Below are positions 1-10,900 of a DNA stretch of 37,919 nt, in pieces. Below the pieces are notes generated by a model. It had not been told where the DNA came from and made no database searches. It saw only the letters and a program-made list of their open reading frames with translations. Position 1 is the first letter of the stretch, and the number at the start of each line of letters is the position of its first letter. This stretch comes from Octopus bimaculoides (taxonomy: Eukaryota), in contig NC_068986.1 of assembly GCF_001194135.2 (NCBI RefSeq), positions 9,065,363 to 9,103,281 on the forward strand, in the 5' to 3' direction. The translations under genes and the position numbers were made by a program.

Positions 1-60
<60 letters not shown>
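1..60. repeat. (TA)n/(TG)n microsatellite
   Basis: Seen directly. Similar TA/CA/TG tracts recur at about 1880-1935, 3570-3605, 4080-4180, 30885-30945, 34415-34480 and 37870-37919. Confidence 0.97.
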
Positions 61-61
<1 letters not shown>

Positions 62-749
62 TTTGTGCATATATTCATGAATATGTCCATCTACATCCCC
101 CTCTCGTTAACGAGTGAAGAGAGGGTTCCCTAACGAAAATATGGACGTGCGTACCTTCTCGTTTAGTTCCTGTCAGGATGGGGGGAATAGATGAGTAGAT
201 AAACAGATAAATGTGTACAAATTCTCTTCAATGCCTCCACCTTCATCACCGACGTGTTTGACTGCAAGGTTTGTCGTGCATCGAAGCAAAGTCATTCACA
301 AGCTATTTTCTCCATCAAAATGATTAATGTTTATGCATTACAAGTAACGAGACTACACAATCACATCGATCTACCGCCGTACATATATATACACATACAT
401 TAAGGACGGGAAAACGACCAGTAAAGTTGGCTCCCGTTTCATACTGCAACAAACCAATGTGCGGTGGTTTCTGTGACAGAAAAGGAGGCATCATTCGTTG
501 GCAAGTGGAGAGAAAACGGATAAAGAGTTGGAGAAGACAGAGATACATATTATTAAAGCAAGAAGACAGACATACAGGCAGTCTTTTACCCAACTTCGTG
601 ATAATGTTGTTGTGTTCGTTCACGAGAGAGAGAGAGAAATGGGTGGATAGTAACTTGTCTAAAACGATAGGCAGATGAGTAGATGGAGAGACTAAATAGA
701 CAGGGAGAGGAAAAGACTGTAATATAAAGAATATCAGTTTCCCACTCAC

Positions 750-900
750 CTATTACTAATTTGCTGTTGTATTTCCCAGTAGCAGCAGCAGTAGTAGTAG
801 TAGTAGTAGTAGTAGTAAATTAAAGAAACAAACGTTACGGTGATGAGAGAGAGAATTGTGAAACGAGTAAAAGCATGGCGCAGCCAAATGACGCGTACAC
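750..900 (-). other. Candidate non-coding first exon of a minus-strand gene running off the left end
   Basis: Strong donor AATAG|GTGAGT (intron starts at 749) in CpG-rich surroundings. Contains a (TAC)n/(TGC)n tract at 781-817. The 5' boundary is a guess. Confidence 0.35.
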
Positions 901-1374
901 ACACACACNNNNNNNNNNGGGGGGGGGGGGGGTAGGAGGTGCGAAAAAGATATCTACATGCATATTTATACACACGCAAATATTCATATATATGCAAATT
1001 TACACATACACACACACACAGACAGACACACACGCCAGAATCCAACCTATGCCAACATGAAAAAATAGCATTAAATGTACGTCTGTGTATGTACAAACAC
1101 ACACACATATTTACAGTATATATACACACACACAATATACAGCTGGATAATGGGTTCGATTCCTCGAAAGAGCGTTGTTACCATGAACAGGCAGGGTACT
1201 TTATTATTCCAGTCTTCTCAGCTGATAGTGTGTACCAGCCTTTCCTGATGTCTCTCTCTCTTTCTCTCCCCACACACACACTCGGCCTCTGGCTATAATC
1301 GTGTCTCTTCCCGACCACACAACGACCTAAAACTACCCGTAAAGGCATCGTACGTTACCGATTCACATTTGCGA

Positions 1375-1722
1375 TTCTTTCCCAACTACATGGTTTCAGG
1401 TTCAGTCCCACTGTGGCACCTTGGGCAAGTGTTTTCAACAATAGCCTCGAACCGACTAAACCCTTGAGTGTATTTCGTAGGTGGAAATTGAAAGAAGCCC
1501 GTTGTGTGTGTGTATGTGTGTGTGTGCCTTTGTCTCCCACCACCGCTTGAGAACCTGTGTTGGTATGTTTACGTTCCCATAGCTTAGAGACCGACTGATA
1601 GAATAAATAACAAGCTTTAAAAAAAATTTTTTAAACTAAGTCCTGGATTCGATTTGTTCGACTAAACACCCTTCAAGGCGGTGCCCCAGCATGGCCGCAG
1701 TCTAATAACTGAAACAAGATAA
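1375..1722 (+). mobile_element. tRNA-derived SINE, family 1 (degenerate copy)
   Basis: Matches the near-intact copy at 30493-30886 (GGTTCAGTCCCACTG...CACCTTGGGCAAGTGT, central TG tract, CAGCATGGCCGCAGTC 3' end). Confidence 0.85.
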
Positions 1723-1883
1723 ACACACACAAATATATATATATATACATGTATGAGTGCGTGTGTACATTTATGCATATATACACGTGTGGGTGTATCT
1801 ACATTCGTACGTTTGTATGTACATTATATACACACACACACGCACTGTATAAAATAAATACTGTGGGTCTACAAGTTCCCATA

Positions 1884-1923
<40 letters not shown>

Positions 1924-2559
1924 TATATATATATATTAGTACACACACATAAATATATATAGTTCATAGATGCGCGCGCGCATATATCTTATCTTTTACT
2001 TGTGAACAGCCATCGGATAGATGCCATGCTGGGGTTTTTTCATGCTTATTCTATCATTCTTGCTTTACGAACCACTAACATTGTGCGTGTAGATGTGTAT
2101 CATTCTATTTTAATGCATATATATGTGTGTGTATGCATGTATATATATGTAAGCATACACACGTCTATGTGTGTATGTATGTAATGTCTACAGCCGCAAG
2201 TGTCCATCAATCCGATCAGGCCCACCTTCTGCATTTCTATAATCAGTTGATGAAAATCGAACACAAGAAATACCAGTAAAAGTTTGGTCGAAGAGAGAGA
2301 CTAAGTTATAACAAAGAATGTGTCGAGGTTGCTTCTTTCAATTCTCATTCTCTTCTGTTATGGCAGACGAGGAATTCGCTATCAAAAGACCATGGCCTTC
2401 CAGTTCAATTTCGTTCTCAAAAAGCATTTCATTCTTTTTTTTTTCCCCCACAAGTAAAAGGAAAAAAGCATTAAAAATTATAAAAGATTAAATTATCAGG
2501 AAAAAAGCCCAGAACTACCTCACCAAAAAAAAAAAAAAATGAAAACGAAAAGGGAGGAA

Positions 2560-3440
2560 TTAAGCAGCGGAAGATGGGTGGGGGAGAGAGTAACGGGTTG
2601 CACACCCCAGGAACAAATGGCGTGTTTGGCCACACCTCACGGATATAATTGCGAAGGCATTGCCGCAGAGAATGGCCCAGAGATTCTCGCTACAACAACC
2701 ACCCCCACCTCGCGGGACTCATTCCTCAGATGGGCTGCAGTCATCTCAATTTTTAATTAGGAAATCGGTAGTGCGGACTTCCAGAGCACCTAAGGTTACG
2801 AAGGCGACCGGCACAAACTGATAGCGGCTCGTCAGGCTCCTGTTTTCTTTGTTTTAACTTTCTCACCTCTGCAATGCGGGCAGCGACACCCGGGTTCGCA
2901 ACCACATCCCCAGGTAAGTGTTGACCCAGACATAAGCTGAACTTAGACAGCTCTCTATGTCTGAATCACTTCAGATGATACTTATAGAGTATGGACTCCA
3001 AATGCTGTTGGAAGAGTTTCTGTTTGTGCAATATTCTCCTTCATGTTAAAGGCGTCCACAATGTTAATGCGTCGGCTATAAGTTAATACATCCCTGTGCC
3101 AGTCATTTCCCGCGCTCATAGAGGGAATTGGGAAGAAAGACTGGGGGGGAGTGGATAGATGAGGACCTTCGTATGGAGACTGAAATGACTATTTAGAAAG
3201 ACTCAGTTTCTGAGAGAGACTGGTTTGAACTGGTTTACTCTCTCACCTCTTTCACATTATAATTGTTAGAAATGAGGAGTGTGTCGCTGTTGTATCGACC
3301 GCATAGAGAGACGATAAGATGGTGCACTGTGCCCAGTGTCAGAAAACTCCAGCTTGGCCGGATGTTGGCGCTCTTACCGAGGCGATGGTACTTACGGCTT
3401 CCACAACACAGACCTGCGTACAGTTTCCGTTTACCAAATT
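2560..3440. promoter_or_regulatory. CpG-rich segment containing a candidate plus-strand first exon (ATG 2874 to donor after 2913, MRAATPGFATTSP)
   Basis: GC and CpG content are visibly above the background, and there is a perfect donor CCCAG|GTAAGT. It could instead be repeat-derived (e.g. a LINE 5' region). Confidence 0.3.
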
Positions 3441-3570
3441 CCTTAAAGTATATGCGCGCGTTATATACATGTGTTTATGCGGAGAGAGCGATTTATAGGA
3501 TATACATACAAGAGATCATGCAAAAGATTTACATAAAATAAGGACATCATTAGAAACAAAATTACAGATA

Positions 3571-3605
<35 letters not shown>

Positions 3606-4085
3606 GGCACGGCTGTGTGGTTAGGAAGCTTGCTTCCCAGAAACATGGTTCCAGGTTCAGTCCCACTGAGTGGAATCTTGGGCGAGTGTCTTCTGCTATA
3701 GTCTCGGGCCGACCGAAGCTTTGTAATTGAATTTAGTAGGCTGGAGTTGCTGCTGTGTGTGCACATGTGCTTGTGCCTCCTAACAGAGAGGGAAAAAAAC
3801 TACCCCACTTGGTAACAGGTGGGTGTTGGCGTCAGGAGGGGCATCCGGTTGTAGAAAACTTTCCACACGAATAGTGCTGCACATATGTATATAAATGCTT
3901 TAGAAAAATAGGCACAGGAGAGTGACTGTGTGGTAAGTAGCTTGCTTACCAACCACATGGTTCCGGGTTCAGTCCCAATGCATGACACCTCGGGCAGGTG
4001 TCTTCTACTATAGCCTCGGGCCGACCAAAGCCTTGCGAGTGGATTTGGTAGATGGAAACTGAAAGAAACCTGTCGTCGTGTGTGT
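3606..4085 (+). mobile_element. Two family-1 SINE 5' halves (3606-3775, 3911-4085)
   Basis: A-box-like GGCTGTGTGG and B-box-like GGTTCAGTCCC heads that closely match 30493-30660. Confidence 0.9.
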
Positions 4086-4131
4086 GTGTATGTGTATATG
4101 CATGTATGTATGTATGTATATATATATATAT

Positions 4132-4182
<51 letters not shown>

Positions 4183-4311
4183 ACACAAAGACCATTGCAT
4201 AATTTCCTGTTCCTTCACAATTTATTTCATTTCATATTACACTATGTACTCGACTAATGTTTTATTCCTGAGAGAACTAATGCCTACATACGAGTTATTA
4301 AAGTAAGACTT

Positions 4312-4890
4312 TAATAGGCACTCCGTCGGTTACGACGCCGAGTCTTCCAGTTGATCCGATAATCAGAACTGCTCGTGAAATTAACATGGAAATGGCTGAG
4401 CACTCCGCAGACACGCATACCCTTAACGTAATTCTGAGAGAGATTCAAAGTGACACAGAATGTGACAAGGCTGGACCCTTCGAAATACAGGTACAACTCA
4501 TTTTGAAATACAGGTACAACTCATTTTGAAATACAGGTACAACTCATTTTGAAATACAGGTACAACTCATTTTGAAATACAGGTACAACTCATTTTGAAA
4601 TACAGGTACAACTCATTTTGAAATACAGGTACAACTCATTTTGAAATACAGGTACAACTCATTTTGAAATACAGGTACAACTCATTTTGAAATACAGGTA
4701 CAACTCATTTTGAAATACAGGTACAACTCATTTTGAAATACAGGTACAACTCATTTTAACCAGCTGAGTGGAGAGGGGCAATGTGAAATAAAGTGTCTTG
4801 CTCGAGGACACAACACGTCGCCAGGAATCGAATTCATGACCTTATACGATCGTGAGCCGAATGCCCTAACCACTAAGCCACACGCTTTCA
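4312..4890 (-). mobile_element. tRNA-headed SINE, family 4, with an internal tandem amplification
   Basis: The minus strand begins GCGTGTGGCTTAGTGGTTAGGGCATTCGG...GAATTCGATTCC (A and B boxes). The body matches 29320-29480. Confidence 0.8.
4482..4757 (+). repeat. Minisatellite: 12 exact copies of the 23-bp unit GAAATACAGGTACAACTCATTTT
   Basis: Counted directly: 276 bp = 12 x 23, with no spacers. Confidence 0.97.
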
Positions 4891-4974
4891 CGAGTAAAAA
4901 AAAACTTAGAGACAAAGGAAGTGAAACTATTCATGTTGAAAAATAAGTAAAAATGATAATTATATAGTTCTGTA

Positions 4975-5125
4975 TTTAAGAGATGAGGAATTATGTACAT
5001 TTACATTTGACGGATGTTTGTCCTCATCTTGTTTGTTGTTAACACAACGTTTCGGCTGATATACCCTCCAGCATTCATCAGGTGTCTTGGGGAAATTTCA
5101 AACCTGGGTTCTCATTCCTAACGAT
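4975..5125 (-). mobile_element. Penelope-like element pseudo-LTR fragment
   Basis: Carries the CTGATGA...CCGAAACGTT motif typical of Penelope-like terminal repeats. No RT or GIY-YIG ORF is seen. Confidence 0.6.
5041..5086 (-). ncRNA. Minimal type I hammerhead ribozyme motif (probably decayed)
   Basis: Minus strand reads GACAC-CTGATGA-A-TGCTG-GAGGGTATAT-CAGCC-GAAA-CGTT-GTGTT. Helix I is GACAC/GTGTT, helix II is GCTG/CAGC, helix III is the palindrome ACGT, and the cleavage triplet is GUU. Confidence 0.65.
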
Positions 5126-5140
5126 GTTACTATTATTATA

Positions 5141-5171
<31 letters not shown>

Positions 5172-5328
5172 TATTAATCACTAAAAGAAGCAGCACATAT
5201 GCTAGGACACAACAACCTCCTAAGCAGACCGAGTGCAGATATGAATAGCATATGGGAACCGGTATTGAGGAAGGATAGGAAAAATAATAGATTTATAAGC
5301 CTTAAAATTCACCCCATAATTGCCTACG

Positions 5329-5382
5329 GGCATATGGCGTAGTGGTTAGGAGCGCGGGCTACTAACCCCAAGGTTCCGAGTT
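5329..5382 (+). pseudogene. Truncated tRNA-derived SINE head
   Basis: A-box TGGCGTAGTGG and a D/anticodon-like region, cut off within the T arm. No acceptor stem. Confidence 0.7.
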
Positions 5383-5559
5383 AGTAGTCGGATGCCATTC
5401 CTGTCGCCAACCGTCACCTGTTTATAGGCAACGGAATATCCCATCCACACCCACCCCATGACCAGAAAGGTTACCCACGGAAAACGGACAAGATTGCTTG
5501 TATGACGGTGATGTTTGTGATATCAAGTGATATCAAGATTGCACACACACACACACACA

Positions 5560-6815
5560 CACGAATGTGTGGATGTGTTTGGCACTTCTGTATGCAACCG
5601 TCTACATCCATAAGCATCACATGACCAAACCAGTGCAGTCTTCTCTCTTGCACACAGCATCTGATTCTTACACCCAGCTTTTCACTCAATACACTAACGC
5701 CGTTGCACATCCAGCAGAGCATACTACCTTTATTCCTCTCTAGCCTTCACATGTTCTCTGCATTCAGGACCCACGTCTCACTATCATGGTGCATTGCTGT
5801 TCGTATACATGCATCATACAATCTTCCTTTCACTCGGAAAGAGATTTTTGGTTGCCAACAGATGTAAAAGCTCTCTGAATTTCCTCCATCCTTTCCATGC
5901 AGCCTCCCCTACAGCTAATTAGGTCCCCTAGGTAGCAGAAATTATTCTCAATCCCTGAAGAGCCTCCAGAGAATTTGAGAGAATCAAAATCCTGAGTATC
6001 TAGTTTCTATGGCTCCTGTGCATTTTCCACAATTGAACACTACTTTCTCTGTTAACCTTCCTATAATTCCACTGCACTTCATGTGTGTCCATAGCTTGCA
6101 CTAGGTACACCATATACAATTCCTCCCTACACCTTTTCTATATATCACACAGAGCTACTTATCTGATGGGGGAAGAGTCCTTTCCTGCTAAGTTAACCTT
6201 GATTCCAGGTTTTGCTTCCACACCTGGAATTTCTTTTCTAGTTGTTACAGAATCTTATATGAGGGTAAGATCACCAGTATATGATTTCCTCTTATGGCCT
6301 GGAGGACGATGATAAATAGGAGGGCACTGAGAACAAAACCCTGATAAACGCCTGTTTGTACACTAAATTCATCACTATCACCTCACTGACAGAACCTCTG
6401 TATATGACTTGTATGGCTTCCACACACCACTCGTGTCAACCCCTAGCTTCCTCAGAGCCCACCATATCACACAGCAGGGTACTTCTCTGTCAAAGGCTTT
6501 CTCTAAGTCAACAAACGCCAAGTACAATGCTTTACCCATGGCCAAATACTTCTGCTGCAGTTGCCTGATTGTAAAGATGGTGTTAGTAGTGTTTCTCCCC
6601 AGCACAAAGCCAAACTGCACTCCTAATCTGATTCTGCTCCTAATCAATAGGACAATAACTCTCTCTGTAACTTGCATAATCTGGTCCAGCAACTTGATGC
6701 CTCTGTAATTTCTTGTCTAAAACATCTCTCTTACTCTTGTATAATGCTGCTACACCAATCATCAGGGATCACACCTTTCCTGAATAACCTGATTAACTGT
6801 TCAGGTGACTAGACC
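5560..6815 (-). mobile_element. Decayed RTE-type LINE (reverse transcriptase and C-terminal region)
   Basis: Translations include QFGFVLGRNTTNTIFTIRQLQQKY..LYLAFVDLEKAFDR, QGFVLSPLLF and RRLHWFGHV, with many stops and frameshifts. Confidence 0.92.
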
Positions 6816-7535
6816 ATATCTTGCTCAAATATAAAAATGTAGCATTTACAATAGAATTGAAGGTGAACTTTAAAATCAGCAGCCAACAATCTACTGGATT
6901 ATCTTTGCTTAATAATCAAAAAGGTTATATTAAAGTCCGTGGGAAACAAAATGTAGAACTAGAATTTTAATATCTGTCTAAATATTGCCTTATCTTTCAT
7001 TTATAAAGAACAGCATACTGTGATTGTTTACCAAATTCCATAATACACTCACACACATACATATTTGCAGCACATATATAATTCTCTAATTTGTCTTTGC
7101 TTATTCTAAATACAATTATTGTTTAGTTAAACAGACTTTATATGCAAGCATGAGCTACAATAGATTTGAACAATAACAATGAAGAAGAGTGTTGAATGAC
7201 ATTGTATCATCCACAGATAAAAGCTTCCATCCATCAATATTTCAATAAAAACAGGAACTGTATTATTTGGGTCCCATGACAGGGAGAAAATAGGAGAATC
7301 TTGTTCTTTTTTTTTTTTCTTTGGCTTTTATTATCTAAAATGGCAATGACCTCATAAAGGATTAATGAGAACCATGGAATGAAAGAATGGCTTTTCTAAA
7401 AAACACATGATGAGACAAAAGTTTTATAACACAAAACTGCCACCACCCCCTCTCTGCCTCCTCCCCACCTTTCTATCTCACAACAACCACACTTTATAAT
7501 TGACATTCATGAACAACTTTGGAAATCAGGACTAA

Positions 7536-7705
7536 AATTTAACTCTTTAGCATTTAAGCCGCCCATATTTGGCCCAAATATTCTGCTTTATGTTCAAAGC
7601 AGCCAGATTCGGCATCTCACACGTCCTTTACAATACCATTCTAAAATTCAACAATCACATCAAAATCCCAAAGCTATGAGATAATACAAGATTAATTAAA
7701 ATGAT
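7536..7705 (-). mobile_element. TTAA (piggyBac-type) MITE family A, partial
   Basis: Reverse-orientation match to 17836-18067. Terminus is TTAACTCTTTAGCATTT. Confidence 0.75.
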
Positions 7706-7732
7706 ATGAACAAATAAGAATTTGATAGAGAA

Positions 7733-7995
7733 ATCATCATCATCATCATCAATTAACATCCATTTTCCATGCTGGCATGGGTTGGACGGTTTGACTGAGG
7801 TCTGGAAAGCCAGCAGCTGTACCAAGCTCCAATCTGGTCTGGCAGAGTTTCTACAGCTGGATGCCCTTCCTAACGCCAACCACTCTGAGAGTGTAGTGGG
7901 TGCTTTTTTATGTGCCACCAGCACAAGAGCCCGTAAGGCAGGCCTGGCAACGATCATGTTCAGATGGTGCTTTTTACGTGCCACCAGCACAGGGT
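7733..7995 (-). mobile_element. Family-2 interspersed repeat with a (GAT)n tail (SINE or LINE 3' end)
   Basis: Shared core GGAAGGGCATCCAGCTGTAGAAAC...CCAACCCATGCCAGCATGGAAA followed by (GAT)n. Other copies: 5385-5550(-), 8300-8455(-), 9195-9376(+), 21230-21440(+), 27120-27310(+), 32150-32320(+), 32690-32970(+). Confidence 0.85.
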
Positions 7996-8506
7996 TTAAA
8001 TATGTTCCACTCTTGATATACTGATTTTTTTTGTTTTGTTTTGTTGTTGTTTTTTTGTTTGTTTTTTTTGTTTTTTTGTTTTTTCAGATCTAAAAAAAAA
8101 AATTGTTGGACGTTTTGATATTAAAGATTTTCCTGAAATTCTGATGTTTAGAAACTTTATTTTAGTGAGACATATTTCATTAGAAACAAAATTCTACAGG
8201 GAAAGGGAGATAGGGAATACCATGAGGATTACAGCTGCCGTCTGGCATCCATTTTTTCTCTCCATACACTCTTACTGGAACGGTAATATTGGTGCCATTC
8301 ATCATCATCATTTAACGTCCCCTTTTCTATGCTGGCATGAACTGAATGGTCGGACACGAGCTATTGAGCCACTGGCCTGAATGATGCTCCAATGTCTGCT
8401 TTGGCATGGCTTCTCGGTTGGATGCCTTCCTTAATGCCAACCAATTTAAAGAGTGGACTAATTATGAGGGTACCAGCATCAGTGAGATCAGCAAGTAACT
8501 TGCAAG

Positions 8507-8801
8507 CAGGGCTGTGAAGTGAAAACAAAAAATTTTGACTCCAACTGACTCCTGTACTATTGGCACCTCTGACTCCGACTCCTCTTTATGTAATTAAGTG
8601 ATTGTGGTCTACATATCTCATAAAGCATATGTATACGCTTGGACTTTGAGTCAGCCCATATGTTACAACTGGTTTATATTAAAGAATAAAGACATTATGG
8701 GTCGGAGTCAGAGTCGGTAGAGCTTTACTGACTCAGACTCCAGCTACCCCTTAATTGTTTCTGATTCCAACGCCACGACTCTGACTGACTCCACAGCCCT
8801 G
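8507..8801. mobile_element. hAT-type MITE
   Basis: TIRs CAGGGCTGTG(A/G)AGT. Exact 8-bp target duplication CTTGCAAG at 8499-8506 and 8802-8809. Internal GACTCC/GGAGTC subterminal repeats. Confidence 0.9.
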
Positions 8802-8833
8802 CTTGCAAGACAAAATTCCTCAACTGAGAAAAG

Positions 8834-8834
<1 letters not shown>

Positions 8835-8886
<52 letters not shown>
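8835..8886. repeat. (TAG)n trinucleotide microsatellite
   Basis: Seen directly. Confidence 0.97.
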
Positions 8887-10467
8887 TTGAGTGAGATGAC
8901 TTTTCATCAAGTGGTGAGAGATTCAAGTGTGATAGGGGAAGAGGAACAAGTGTCATGCTGTAAGGGAGAGACACACAATTACCCCAGTTGGAAAAGAAAA
9001 CGGGTGGTGGTGGTGGTGATGTGTCAGGACATAGCCTCAAGACAGAGGAAGATGAATATAAGTGGTAGCGGTGACATCTGTAGGTGATGAAGATTTCATC
9101 AAATCCCCAAATACTTATAAGAACTACCACCACCATATCAAACACACACAACACTATTTTACACACTAATACAATGTGGAATTACACTCACCACTGTTTG
9201 GTGACTGTTGATGCTGGTGCCACACAAAAGAACACCCAGTTCACTCAGTAATGTGGTTGGCATTGGAATGGGCCTCCAGCCACAGAAACCATGCCAAAAC
9301 AGACAATATATCCCCATGTGGCTCCTGGCAAAGAATCCAACCCATGCCGGCATGGGAAATGGATGTTAAATGATGGTGTAGAGAAGAAGGACAGCTTAAT
9401 AAATTCAAGCTCATTCCATAAAGCTGGTGAAATTAAATTGCTCTGCAACCAGATTTATTCCTAAAGAAACTGAACAACGGTAACACATTCCCCACCACCC
9501 CACCCCATGAAGCTGCAGCCATATTACTTTAAATCCTCATAATAAAATCCCAATTTCTCAATCTAAATCTATGACTAGTTTTTATCCATCTCTGTCCTAG
9601 GTAGCTTCTAATTAACAAATCAATTAATGAAATCATTCTCTTTACAACAGAAATTGAAGAGAAACTAATTTAACAAATGTTCTGCTTAGAAACACTGAGC
9701 TTGCGGTCTGCTTTTTTTTTTTTTTTTTTCAATTAGAAACTGTTACTCATTAATATATCACAGTAATTAATGATAAACCTATTAAGAATAATTTTATAAA
9801 TGAGAAAAGGAAATAAATTAGAGGAAAAATTTCCAGTAATTGCAGGTCAAATGAGAGAAAGAGAAATGAAGAGAATCCAACAAAAATGAAATTTTACATT
9901 TTATCTCTAAGAATATTTCCCTTTTACTTGTCTCTGTCATTAGATTGTGGCCATGCTGTAGCACCGCCTTCAAGAATCTCTTTAGTCAAACAAATCGACC
10001 CCAGTACTTTCTTTTTAATCCTGGTACTTGTTCTATTTTGCTGAACTGCTAAGTCACAAGGACACAAATTACACTAACACTGGTTGTCAAGCAGTGGAGT
10101 ACAAACACAAAGGATAAACACACACTATATATATGTATGTGTGTGTATATATACATATATATATATATAAAGCAGGAGTGTATATCTGTATGTATGTGTG
10201 TGTGTGTGTGTGTGTATATACCCAACAAAAGATCTGAAACTGCATCGTTGAGAAAAAAAAAACAGATTTGATTTTCAAAATGTGCATCCCAAATTGGTTT
10301 TCAGTAAATAATGATCAGAAAATATAATTTAACACAGGAAATAGCTCAACTTTTTAGATCGCTAAATACCCTTCTTACCACAAGCGTGCTATCCCTCTTG
10401 ACCTGACCCATATTCTCATGGCTTCATCCAAAAGGAGCACATATCCTTTTTTTCCCCCTACACCTAT

Positions 10468-10900
10468 ATCATCATCATCATCATCATCATCGTTTAACAT
10501 CCGCTTTCCATGCTAGCATGGGTTGGACGATTTGACTGAGGACTGGTGAAACCGGATGGCAACACCAGGCTCCAGTCTGATTTGGCAGAGTTTCTACAGC
10601 TGGATGCCCTTCCTAACGCCAACCACTCAGAGAGTGTAGTGGGTGCTTTTACGTGTCACCCGCACGAAAACGGCCACGCTCGAAATGGTGTCTTTTATGT
10701 GCCACCCGCACAAGCCAGTCCAGGGGCACTGGCAACGATCTCGCTCGAAAATCCTACGGGAGCCAGTCAGGCGGTACTGGCAACGGCCACGCTCAAAATG
10801 GTGCATCTCATGTGCCACCCGCACAAGAACCAGTCCAGGGTCACTGGCAACGATCTTACTTGGCTTGCCGGGTCTTCTCACACACAGCACAGCCATGTAG
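10468..10900 (-). mobile_element. Family-2 repeat, long copy with an internal duplication
   Basis: (CAT)n start on the plus strand and the same core as 7733-7995. A unit of about 75 bp is duplicated at about 10668-10741 and 10783-10857. Confidence 0.88.

Noticed and set aside
2704-2723. HDV-like ribozyme (CCC-ACCTCGC-GGG resembles P3/L3)
   Set aside because: No complete 7-bp P1, no GG for P1.1, and no P2 or J4/2 could be found.
4482-4757. CRISPR-like regular repeat
   Set aside because: Units are contiguous with no spacers, there are no cas genes, and the context is a eukaryotic SINE.
5329-5382. Functional tRNA gene
   Set aside because: Truncated in the T arm with no acceptor stem. The other tRNA-like heads also continue into SINE bodies.
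8036-8380. 114-aa plus-strand ORF
   Set aside because: Starts in a T-rich low-complexity tract, ends in a family-2 repeat, and has no recognisable motif.
8725-9166. Poly-Y, poly-L and poly-V ORFs
   Set aside because: Translations of the (TAG)n microsatellite. The same applies to HT/CV/YI-rich ORFs elsewhere.
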